From contig CALLJF010000021.1 in the NCBI GenBank assembly GCA_938091495.1, positions 1 through 63,463 of the forward strand: a stretch of DNA of 63,463 bases. The letters run 5' to 3'. This document shows, in pieces, positions 1-8,060 of this stretch; position 1 is the first letter of the stretch; the number at the start of each line of letters is the position of its first letter. Source of the DNA: an uncultured Nitrososphaerales archaeon. GTDB lineage: Archaea; Thermoproteota; Nitrososphaeria; Nitrososphaerales; JACAEJ01. The translations under genes and the position numbers were made by a program. Under the pieces are notes generated by a model. That model was not told where the DNA came from, did not search any database, and saw only the letters and a list, made by a program, of their open reading frames with translations.

Positions 1-90
1 CCACATTGAATAGCTTCTAGCTGATCCATGTTCTCTAATTATTACAAGGTAGAATTCGCTTAACTCTATACATATGGGGTTTTGATCATG

Positions 91-933
91 TTATTGAAGC
101 CCATCATAAACTTTCTTTAACTTTGAAAGTCTTGGCTTGGCATAATGCTGAAGCAATATGCCTATACTCTTTGGGCTTCTACCTTGTAATAGATTGGCTG
201 TTATAGGGTTCTGAGTTTTATCCAATACATAATCAGCATAGCATGATCTTATTTCTTTCAAGGTGTGCTCTTTACCCAGGACCTTTTTACAAATCTCTTT
301 AAACCTATCAATATAATAATCCCATGAGTGAGAGAAGGGTCTATCTCCCTTTCCTTTTAGCCTTAATAGGCATTCCTTAAGCTCTTGATCTATGAAGCCT
401 CCCCACGCTCTTTTACTCTTCCCTTTATGAACCTTTGAGGCATTATATATACCATGTTCAAGGTCTATATCTTCCCAAGTCAAGCTAAGAGCTTCGCACG
501 GTCTGCTCTGACGGCATATAAGGAGGAAGGCCTTTAACTCATCATCTTGGATTATGTTTAGAACTTTGGTTAATTCCTCATAGGTTAATCTTTCATCCTT
601 GGCTGTTAGATCATCTATTACGTATTGGCCATCTTTGTATTTGTAATCGAACCCCTTAAGGAGATGCTCCATATCAAAAAGGCTCAAGTAAACCTTAAAG
701 GCCTTTATGCTCTTATTATAGCCCCCTTCACTCTGTATTGATAACCATTCTGTTATAGTTTCTTTACTTATCTCTTTATACCTTAATGCAAATCTATTCA
801 TAACACTTAGATATTCCCTTTGGGTTCTAGGGCTATATTTTACTTTAAGGTAATTGGAATAGGCATCCAGATTTATATGAGATGGATTTGCTGAGCTCCG
901 GACTGTCGCAGGTTCAAGTCCTGCCCTCGGCAT
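91..933 (-). CDS. Tyrosine recombinase, SSV1-type integrase C-terminal fragment int(C)
   Basis: Motifs QSRPCEAL (R), HTLKEIR (KxxR), LLQGR and QHY (Y) match the R..KxxR..R..Y signature of SSV1-like integrases. The N-terminal MPRAGLEPAT is the antisense translation of a tRNA 3' end. Confidence 0.85.
   Translation of the reverse strand: MPRAGLEPATVRSSANPSHINLDAYSNYLKVKYSPRTQREYLSVMNRFALRYKEISKETITEWLSIQSEGGYNKSIKAFKVYLSLFDMEHLLKGFDYKYKDGQYVIDDLTAKDERLTYEELTKVLNIIQDDELKAFLLICRQSRPCEALSLTWEDIDLEHGIYNASKVHKGKSKRAWGGFIDQELKECLLRLKGKGDRPFSHSWDYYIDRFKEICKKVLGKEHTLKEIRSCYADYVLDKTQNPITANLLQGRSPKSIGILLQHYAKPRLSKLKKVYDGLQ
897..932 (+). mobile_element. att site: tRNA 3'-half duplication marking the right end of an integrated element that extends left of the window
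   Basis: CCGGA-CTGTC-GCAGG TTCAAGT CCTGC-CCTCGGC-A gives an anticodon 3' strand, variable loop, perfect T-arm, acceptor 3' strand and discriminator. No tRNA 5' half lies upstream, and it overlaps the int start. Confidence 0.85.
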
Positions 934-1170
934 AAAGTTAACTTTTTCAATAAGGAAGGTTTGTATAATCTGTTATAAAGCTCTCTTCCATGTAGTTTTC
1001 CATTTGGCAATTTATTCACCAGAGCATACTGGGCATGAGGACTCTTCTAGATGAAGGCGCTCTAACTTTTGTCAATATTTACCTGCTTTGCATCTGTTAA
1101 TAAAGGGCAAGTAGAGTTACGAATCTAGAGCGATCTCTAGGGTAATTCTACGAAAAAAGATGTATGATTA

Positions 1171-1525
1171 TTAGCGTATTGCCACAAAGACGGTAGCGGT
1201 GGAAGCCCGAGCGCCACTAATATGAAGGATAGTATCACTGATATTATCCAGTATTATCCCTGCCATGATAGCTATAACTAAGGCCTTAATCCAACCGCAG
1301 TCGAAGAAATGTTTGATTAGTGCCAGCCAAATTACTATCATAATAATTGTTCCGAGAATTGATCTAAGCAGGCTAAGAAGCAAAAAGCTGATGATTGCGC
1401 CAATTATTACTCCCAGAACTCCTGTCCAGATGGCGTCAGTGAATTTTGCCTTTTCTTTACCAACGCACCGGAGCAAGTATTACAGCAGCCACGACTATCC
1501 GTATTAGAAGTGTTGTAAAATTCAT
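1171..1525 (-). pseudogene. Small membrane protein gene, apparently frameshifted twice
   Basis: ATG at 1525 gives MNFTTLLIRIVVAAVILAPV then a stop; the hydrophobic frame continues as VGKEKAKFTDAIW. Near 1240-1260 an imperfect 10-bp tandem copy (GGATAATACT/GGATAATATC on minus) shifts away from a hydrophobic IISVILSFILVALG frame. Confidence 0.5.
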
Positions 1526-1642
1526 TTGAATTCCTCTACAAGCTAAGAACAATCAATCTTTCTAGTGGAAATTCGAAATATTTCCAAAAAGCTAATATAT
1601 TGCTAACATAAAGGGTCTTGCATCAAAGTCGAGGTGCAAATA

Positions 1643-1786
1643 ATGAGCAAAAAAGTAGAGGATTCACCACAGCAGAGTAGTTTCGAGTATGACTGTGATT
1701 GTGGCAAGCATTTCGTCAGAATTGGCGAAGCTGTAGCTCACATCAACAAGTTCAAGGATCATCACTTGAGAAGAATGGCTGTTTGA
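1643..1786 (+). CDS. 47-aa small protein with a C2H2-like zinc finger
   Basis: Manual translation: MSKKVEDSPQQSSFEYDCDCGKHFVRIGEAVAHINKFKDHHLRRMAV; GAGGTG RBS at 1631-1636. Too short for the ORF track. Confidence 0.6.
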   Translation: MSKKVEDSPQQSSFEYDCDCGKHFVRIGEAVAHINKFKDHHLRRMAV

Positions 1787-1865
1787 ACCCTTAAGAATTT
1801 GAGGAGAATTTTTAACCCACTATGCTTTTTATTTGCTAGCATTCAGACTTAGAGGTCATCATAAA

Positions 1866-1965
1866 GGCCGCCGCCGGGATTTTCGTATTTACAAATCGAA
1901 CCCGGGCTAGAGGCTCTTTGCTTTGATCCACAGGCCCCTGTGTCTACCACTACACCACGGCGGCC
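1866..1965 (-). tRNA. tRNA-His(GTG) with encoded G-1 and two introns (about 37/38 at 1916-1927; 59/60 at 1880-1894)
   Basis: Acceptor GCCGCCG/CGGCGGC, C73, anticodon GTG. The T-loop insert forms a bulge-helix-bulge (TTCG/CGAA central helix); its removal restores T-loop TTCGATT. Confidence 0.9.
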
Positions 1966-2048
1966 ACGAATATACTAACAAAAAAGGCTTCGTAAAAAGT
2001 TTCTGAAAAAATTAATAGAAGTTTTTGTCTATATGTGTTGGTCTTAAT

Positions 2049-2113
2049 GGTGCACAGCGTGCTTCGACGGGCGAACTGACCTTCTTGGGATGAGGATCCA
2101 ATCGTTGTGCGCC
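2049..2113 (+). ncRNA. Candidate box C/D-like guide RNA with one K-turn, closed by an 11-bp stem
   Basis: Stem GGTGCACAGCG(2049-59)/CGTTGTGCGCC(2103-13), D-type box CTGA(2076-79), CC/GG hairpin and C-type box ATGAGGA(2090-96). Guide CGACGGGCG(2065-73) is complementary to the SSU rRNA 1400-1408 region. Confidence 0.65.
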
Positions 2114-2135
2114 AAGAAAGCCATATTTGACAAGG

Positions 2136-2142
2136 CTTAAAT
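2136..2142 (+). promoter_or_regulatory. TATA box (CTTAAAT) for tRNA-Ala
   Basis: About 25 nt upstream of the tRNA start, preceded by purine-rich CAAGG. The same heptamer recurs upstream of several genes (e.g. 7072-7078). Confidence 0.55.
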
Positions 2143-2164
2143 CAAATCCTATTGAATGAGATCT

Positions 2165-2251
2165 GGGCCGGTAGTCTAGTCTGGTAGTGATGCCCGCTTC
2201 GCAACTTGGCGAAATAGCGGGAGATCGCGGGTTCGAATCCCGCCCGGTCCA
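2165..2251 (+). tRNA. tRNA-Ala(CGC) with a 12-nt intron at 37/38 (2204-2215)
   Basis: Acceptor GGGCCGG/CCGGTCC with G3.U70, A73, anticodon CGC; perfect BHB central helix TTCG/CGAA. Confidence 0.95.
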
Positions 2252-2329
2252 TTTAAATTATTTTGATTATTTTGAACAGTCAAAATACTATGGGATCAAA
2301 AAAAAGGGTGTACGGAATTGACTTTGGTG

Positions 2330-3316
2330 CTATGGTTTTTCGACTTTCGGTGGTAGCATTCCCTTCAGTCTGTCTATGTACTCTGGAAATAGCTTGCTCA
2401 AAGCGCAAGGCGCTTCTGGCAATGGTGTCTTAAACTCAAAGTTGGCTACAGCTAATGCCATTGCGTCCACAGATGCGACTGCAGGGATTACCCAGGGAGC
2501 TGCCTCTATTACACCATACATCAACCAATCTGCACCGAAGGCAATAGGTATGGCCTGACAAGTCGCCTCAACAGCCTTGTATATGTCTATGCCCCACTTC
2601 TCTTTTACAAAGGGCTTCCAGACTGTTGTAGCGTTCGATGGTGCTCCTCCTGCTGCTAATCCTAATTGGTCTTTAACACCATAGATGGCTTTACAACTTA
2701 ACCCTATGCCTGGTATAGCATTGGCAAAAGAAAGATCTACCATCATGCCTTCAATACCAGCATCTTTTGCTACGTCTATTAGACCCTTTGCGGTTGCTGT
2801 GCCCTTAAGTACTGATATGGCTCCTGCTGGACTCTTGTCCTCAACGTTGAAGGCTAGAAGTACCGATGCCTTTATGCCAGCATCTTTTATGGCAGCTACT
2901 TCTTGGGCTGCAGGTTCTGGGGGCATTATGCTGTTATGCACTATTCGATTGGAAAGCCCAACTTCTTTTACATGTTGAAGACCCGCGAGTCTCACATCTA
3001 GAGTCCATGCATCGAGTAGTATGGGATTCTCCGATTTATCTGCTACAAAGTCCAAGTACTTTGGGAAGGCTTCGGCAGATATTCCTACAACATCATACAT
3101 GGATGATAGTCCACAGTCTTCACATAGACTATCTTGCTTGTTTATCAAAGCCTCTGCTGCCTTCTCATCGAAGATTCCTTCTACTGGATCTTCTACTATT
3201 TTGTGCCTCTCATAGAAGATAGTTCCTATCATAACCTTTGGATTCTCTCCCGGCTGTCCTCCGACTTTCATCTTCCCTATCCGAAAAACTTTTTGTGGCG
3301 CATTAAACTTGAACAT
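2330..3316 (-). CDS. mtrH: MtrH-family methyltransferase (tetrahydromethanopterin S-methyltransferase subunit H-like), stand-alone
   Basis: N-terminal MFKF..Q.VF.IG..KVGGQPGENP..MIGTIFY..HKIVED...GIFD..AAE.LIN.Q is typical of the MtrH/MtxH family; start refined to the ATG at 3316. Confidence 0.85.
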   Translation of the reverse strand: MFKFNAPQKVFRIGKMKVGGQPGENPKVMIGTIFYERHKIVEDPVEGIFDEKAAEALINKQDSLCEDCGLSSMYDVVGISAEAFPKYLDFVADKSENPILLDAWTLDVRLAGLQHVKEVGLSNRIVHNSIMPPEPAAQEVAAIKDAGIKASVLLAFNVEDKSPAGAISVLKGTATAKGLIDVAKDAGIEGMMVDLSFANAIPGIGLSCKAIYGVKDQLGLAAGGAPSNATTVWKPFVKEKWGIDIYKAVEATCQAIPIAFGADWLMYGVIEAAPWVIPAVASVDAMALAVANFEFKTPLPEAPCALSKLFPEYIDRLKGMLPPKVEKP

Positions 3317-3435
3317 CCCTTCCACCTGTTTCAGAATAGTAACTATAGTATATATGTGTAACGAATGTATATAACTACGTTAAATTCCGAGCAGAATGGA
3401 ATCTTCAAAAAGAATCTGTAAGAAGGCTCTCTTTG

Positions 3436-4494
3436 TTAAGCACTCAAGTAACCCTTTGCCCTCTCCTTTTTTCTTTCAGAGAGGCTGATCACAGACTTTA
3501 AGCCTGGCTTAACCTGTTCTATGGGCATGAATTCTATGTAGCCTTCGTCACAAGCACCTTTGAATACTTGCTCACCCTTTTTCGATCTGACTATTACTGT
3601 GGACCAACCTTCGGGAGAGCCTACAGATCCTACGGATATATCTGCATGCTCAGCAGTAAAGTCTGTACAGTAGTTGCAGGCACTTCTTGCATAAGGTTTA
3701 ATCTCCTCTAGAGGTATGTTTAGTGCTTCTTTGCCCTCTACATGGGCTATGAACCTGCCTTTGCTTATGGAGAACTTTGTAACGCTCTTGGGCTCTACAC
3801 CCTTTGATGTCAAGAAATTGATCAGATCGTTATATCCAAAACTTTCCATGCAGAAGAGCCCTATTATTAACCTCGTCTTTATCCCAAGCCTATAGGCTGC
3901 TTTCTGAGTATATTGCATCTTTCTAGCAGCTTGAACTTCACAAGGAACTGCTACTATGCCAACTTTACTTTTTCTCTGGTTGTCTACAGCATCTTGTAAT
4001 CCAATGTGAACTGGGCTCATTGTATATTTTGTACCAGCTGACTTTACCAGTTCCTTAGATGCCGAAACCACGCTGGGCCAGCCTTTCCATACACCACCTT
4101 GAACCTCGGATACTACTGCGCTATCGATGATCCCCTTGTCCATGGCGTATATCAACAAAGTTGTTGCTACTCCACCATCTTGGGCAATTTCCAACACATC
4201 TTTGGTCTTCGACCTTGCAGCATAGACTCCTATGTTAACACCTAATAGTTCATTATCATTCCGGACCCTTTTGAAGACTTCTTTATCCATCTGCTTGTAA
4301 TCATAGAAGGTTCTTGGACAGGTGTGCCAACACGTTTCACACTTCTGGCATATACCTACAATCTTTGGCTTCTCGCCCTCGAAACCTAGAACTCTATTAG
4401 GGCAGCCTCCTATACAACCACCACAGAATACACACTTGCCTTTGTTTATAATTTCTAACATAAGCCCCTCAGATGTTTTAGGAACTGTTGACAT
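3436..4494 (-). CDS. FrhB/FdhB-family F420-interacting subunit with N-terminal 2x[4Fe-4S] domain (FpoF-like)
   Basis: CVFCGGCIGGCP and CQKCETCWHTCP, followed by AQDGGVATTLL, VPCEVQA, IGLFCMESF and CNYCTDFTAEHADISVGSVGS. Confidence 0.85.
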   Translation of the reverse strand: MSTVPKTSEGLMLEIINKGKCVFCGGCIGGCPNRVLGFEGEKPKIVGICQKCETCWHTCPRTFYDYKQMDKEVFKRVRNDNELLGVNIGVYAARSKTKDVLEIAQDGGVATTLLIYAMDKGIIDSAVVSEVQGGVWKGWPSVVSASKELVKSAGTKYTMSPVHIGLQDAVDNQRKSKVGIVAVPCEVQAARKMQYTQKAAYRLGIKTRLIIGLFCMESFGYNDLINFLTSKGVEPKSVTKFSISKGRFIAHVEGKEALNIPLEEIKPYARSACNYCTDFTAEHADISVGSVGSPEGWSTVIVRSKKGEQVFKGACDEGYIEFMPIEQVKPGLKSVISLSERKKERAKGYLSA

Positions 4495-4649
4495 TTTCAC
4501 ATACCCTATTAGTTATCTATCTCAAAGATAATTTAAGGATTTTGCTCAAATCCTATAACAATTGCAACTCGATAATAATGATTAAAGAGCTTCTTTAGGT
4601 GAGTTCAAACTGTCATAAGATGGAGTCTATAATTTACTTTTTACAATGG

Positions 4650-5027
4650 TCAGTCCTTTGCGTATTTGATTACAAGTTTTTCGAGTTCTTCTACTGAAGG
4701 GCTCAAGAATCTCTCCAAAAGCTCGCCCTTTTTGAAGACTACATAAGTAGGCAAAGAGAAAATGTAGTACCTGTTTGCAATCTTCTTATATTCATAATTT
4801 TCAAATACATTAAACTTTGCAAAGATCATTTTATCACCATACTCTGCTGCCAATCTATCAAAGCTCGATGGTATTATCAAGCAAGCTGGACATGTAATCG
4901 CCCAAAAGTTTACTATTACAGGCTTTTCTGAGTTTATTATTTGGTCAAAGTTTTCTGGTTTAAGTTCTAATGGTCTATGCCTACTTTTTTCTAATGCCTC
5001 TAATAACTTGTCTGGATCTTCATTCAT
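4650..5027 (-). CDS. Thioredoxin-family protein (CPAC active site)
   Basis: PVIVNFWAITCPAC motif, with a cis-Pro SLPTY motif. Confidence 0.8.
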   Translation of the reverse strand: MNEDPDKLLEALEKSRHRPLELKPENFDQIINSEKPVIVNFWAITCPACLIIPSSFDRLAAEYGDKMIFAKFNVFENYEYKKIANRYYIFSLPTYVVFKKGELLERFLSPSVEELEKLVIKYAKD

Positions 5028-5114
5028 AACTTAGATTAGGAACAGGCATTATTTAAGGTTAGAAAGCCTTTGATTAAAGTTCTTTGCTTATTATACTTCT
5101 GATTCCATCTCTAA

Positions 5115-5525
5115 TTACTTTAAATATTTAGTTATGGTCTTCTCGAGATTCTTCTCTCCGACTGCGCCTATTACCACATCTACAGGTTTGCCCTTCACAA
5201 ATATAATGAAAGTAGGTATAGAGAATACTTGATACTTGTTGGCTATGTCTCCATTTTCATCAACGTTCAACCTACCGAAGATCATCTTATCGCCATATTT
5301 CTTTGCTAACTTCTCAAACACAGGTAGCATATACCTGCATGGTGCGCACCATTCCGCCCAAAAGTCCACTATTACAGGTTTGCTAGAGTTTATCGTCTTT
5401 TCAAAGTTATCTGATGAAAGGTTCGAAGGTTCTTTTGTCTCCATTTTTGTTTCAGTCATCTGGGCTTTTTCCATGATGGATTTAGCTTTTTCTTCTAGAA
5501 TCTTATTAAGTTCTGGGTCACTCAC
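5115..5525 (-). CDS. trxA: Thioredoxin
   Basis: VIVDFWAEWCAPC and SIPTF motifs. Confidence 0.92.
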   Translation of the reverse strand: MSDPELNKILEEKAKSIMEKAQMTETKMETKEPSNLSSDNFEKTINSSKPVIVDFWAEWCAPCRYMLPVFEKLAKKYGDKMIFGRLNVDENGDIANKYQVFSIPTFIIFVKGKPVDVVIGAVGEKNLEKTITKYLK

Positions 5526-5557
5526 AATAAGATAGATGAAAAGTTCCTATTTAAGGA

Positions 5558-5992
5558 TTACAGGTCCAAGAGGAAACGAAGAGTAACTCCTTTTTTACTT
5601 TTCTTTATCTCCATCATATGGTAAGTTACTGCTTTAACTTCAGTCTTAGGCTCATGCTTAGTGATGTCTAAGTCCTCGCCTCTCCCTATGGCTTCTAACT
5701 CATAATTGCTATTCTTCTTACTTATCTTCACATTGAAAGATGAATAAACCCTTCCTTCAGATGTAACTTTTATGAGCAAATCCTCTAACCAGTTGTACAA
5801 AAGGCTCTTCAAATCCCAGCCATTCACTTTTATATAATCCTCAATCTTTTCATCAATTTTTTCTATGTGGACCATCGTATCTACCAAAGCCATACCAGCG
5901 CTCTCGAAGGCTTCTTCCAAATTCTTGCCATGGGCCTCTATGAAGGCATCTACCATATGTTCAAGGAAATTATAGTTCTTCTTTCTAGGCAA
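5558..5992 (-). CDS. Archease (RtcB tRNA-ligase cofactor)
   Basis: Y.FLEH..D...EA.G..LEEAFE.A and TEVKAVTYH motifs. Confidence 0.93.
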   Translation of the reverse strand: MPRKKNYNFLEHMVDAFIEAHGKNLEEAFESAGMALVDTMVHIEKIDEKIEDYIKVNGWDLKSLLYNWLEDLLIKVTSEGRVYSSFNVKISKKNSNYELEAIGRGEDLDITKHEPKTEVKAVTYHMMEIKKSKKGVTLRFLLDL

Positions 5993-6042
5993 TGCTCTTC
6001 AATATATTATTAATTATGGAGTTGATAAGAATTTGTTTATTA

Positions 6043-6990
6043 TTAGAGCCTTAACGCTGACTTTAATCCTTTGTAGCGATTACGAATAGTGACTTCTGTT
6101 ACTCCTGCTGCTTCGGCTATGTCTTTCTGAGTCTTGTTCTCTCCTTCCAACACACATGCAACATATAGCGCTGCTGCAGCTAGACCCATAGGGTCCTTAC
6201 CTGCCGATGTCTTCATTTCCTCAGCCCTCTTCAGTATCTCTAAGGCTCTTCTCTTTGTCTTCTCTGAGAGTTTCGCCTTGCTAGTAATCCTGGAGACACA
6301 TTTCACTGGATCCACAACAGGCATCTTCAAATCCATCTCTCTAAGAAGCAGGCGATAGCATCTCGCTATGTCCTTCTTTCTAATGTTGCTTACAGCGCTT
6401 AAGTCTTTAAGAGTCCTAGGAATCTCTGTGTCTCTGCATGCTGCATATAAAGCTGCGGCTATTAAAGCTGATATGGATCTTCCTCTCACTAGTCCTCTTT
6501 CTAATGCCTTGCGATAGATGTAGGCAGCCCTCTCTATAACAGCATCACTCACATTGAGCTTGTCGGCAAGTCTATCTAATTCACTAAAAGCCTGTCTTAA
6601 GTTCCTGTCTGCGGGTTCATGAACCTGACTTCTGCTATCCCAAGTGCGAAGGCGTTCTATTGTAGCCCTCATAAAGGCTGGGAGGGACTTTCCTGAAGCA
6701 TCTATATCCTTGCTACCGATGACCGTTGCTAAACCCATATCGTGCATAGCAAGGGATGACGGTATTCCTGTGCGACTCCTGTCCTCCTTTTCCTCTTTAG
6801 AGAAGGCGCGCCACTCTGGACCAACCTCTTCTATCTTCTCTTTAACTACAAAGCCACAGTTGCTACAGAATAGTTCACCACTTGTAGAGTCCACTATCAT
6901 AGGCCCTTTTCCACACTTAGGACATTTGTCTATTGATCTCTGTTTATAAAGATCTGAGAGTTTTCTTTCAGAAACCAAAGTATGCACCAA
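6043..6990 (-). CDS. tfb: Transcription initiation factor IIB
   Basis: Zn ribbon CPKC..CSNCG, GPEWRAF, two cyclin repeats, GVTEVTIRNRYK. Confidence 0.97.
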   Translation of the reverse strand: MVHTLVSERKLSDLYKQRSIDKCPKCGKGPMIVDSTSGELFCSNCGFVVKEKIEEVGPEWRAFSKEEKEDRSRTGIPSSLAMHDMGLATVIGSKDIDASGKSLPAFMRATIERLRTWDSRSQVHEPADRNLRQAFSELDRLADKLNVSDAVIERAAYIYRKALERGLVRGRSISALIAAALYAACRDTEIPRTLKDLSAVSNIRKKDIARCYRLLLREMDLKMPVVDPVKCVSRITSKAKLSEKTKRRALEILKRAEEMKTSAGKDPMGLAAAALYVACVLEGENKTQKDIAEAAGVTEVTIRNRYKGLKSALRL

Positions 6991-7158
6991 AAGGTATTTA
7001 TAATAGCACTATTTGGATATATAAGCTTTTCGATAATGGGCTCTAGTGCTCTCAGTTTATTATTTGATAAACTTAAATAATCATGCTAAAAATATGTAAC
7101 AGAGCATTATCAATGCTTATATCTTCCCAGTTTTGCATGAATGTTAAGGGTGCTCTCT

Positions 7159-7374
7159 ATGAGTCAATCGAGTGAAGAACAGTTCACACCAGCAGAAGTC
7201 TTGCAGATAGTAGGAAGGACTGGAGTAGCGGGAGAAATCACACAAGTCAGAGTGAGGATAATGGAGGGAAAAGACAAAGGTAGGATATTGACTAGAAACG
7301 TCAAGGGCCCTGTTAGATTGGGCGATATATTGATGCTTAGAGAGACAGAAAGAGAAGCTAAAAAGATAAAATAG
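7159..7374 (+). CDS. rps28e: 30S ribosomal protein S28e
   Basis: [50 protein letters not shown]. Confidence 0.97.
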   Translation: MSQSSEEQFTPAEVLQIVGRTGVAGEITQVRVRIMEGKDKGRILTRNVKGPVRLGDILMLRETEREAKKIK

Positions 7375-7384
7375 GCGTTGGCTC

Positions 7385-7573
7385 ATGTTTGCTCAAAAAA
7401 AGTGCAGTTTTTGTGGTAAGGATGTAGCCTTAGGTTACGGAATAATGCTTGTAAGAAACGACGGCTCGATATACTGGTACTGCTCATCAAAATGCAGAAA
7501 GAATTCGTTAAAACTGAGAAGAGACCCTCGTAAGCTTAAGTGGACTACCTTTTATAAGAAAGGGAAAGGATGA
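7385..7573 (+). CDS. rpl24e: 50S ribosomal protein L24e
   Basis: CSFCG...G.G.MLVRNDG..YWYCSSKC.KN..L.R.PRKLKWT. Confidence 0.97.
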   Translation: MFAQKKCSFCGKDVALGYGIMLVRNDGSIYWYCSSKCRKNSLKLRRDPRKLKWTTFYKKGKG

Positions 7574-7995
7574 TGAAGGATAGGACACTTATCCTTATCA
7601 AGCCAGACGCAGTAAAAAAGGGTCTTATAGGAACTATTCTCTCAAGGTTTGAAGATAAAGGATTCAGAATTGCAAAGTTAAAGATGATGAAACTATCTGA
7701 AGAAGACGCAAAGAGGTTTTATGAGGTTCATGTGAGTAAGCCTTTCTTTAATGATTTAGTCTCTTTTATTACATCTGGTCCAATTGTAGCCGCCTTAGTT
7801 GAAGGAAAAAACGTTCAAGAAACAGTAAGGAAGATGATAGGACCCACAAACCCTAAAGATGCTCCAAAAGGCACAATACGTGGAGACTTTGCAACGAGCA
7901 TAACAGAGAACGCTATACATGCTTCAGACTCCCCTGAAAGTTTCTTAAAGGAGTATAAGGTCATCTTTGGCTCTGATCGAGATCATTTTCCTTGA
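7570..7995 (+). CDS. ndk: Nucleoside diphosphate kinase
   Basis: TLILIKPDAV, GTIRGDF and NAIHASDS motifs; conserved rps28e-rpl24e-ndk order. Confidence 0.97.
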   Translation: MMKDRTLILIKPDAVKKGLIGTILSRFEDKGFRIAKLKMMKLSEEDAKRFYEVHVSKPFFNDLVSFITSGPIVAALVEGKNVQETVRKMIGPTNPKDAPKGTIRGDFATSITENAIHASDSPESFLKEYKVIFGSDRDHFP

Positions 7996-8060
7996 CAGAA
8001 CCTTTTTCAGCAAAATTCAAATAAACCTTATGTTACTTTACACTACCCCCAAGTGAGAGA

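Noticed and set aside
1-29. Possible gene start (ATG at 29, MDQLEAIQC..) running off the left edge
   Set aside because: Only nine codons are visible; cannot be supported.
891-897. Reading CTGAGCT as an anticodon loop (tRNA-Leu GAG)
   Set aside because: There is no long variable arm or 5' half; these bases may lie outside the att core or derive from an intron, so the target tRNA identity is left open.
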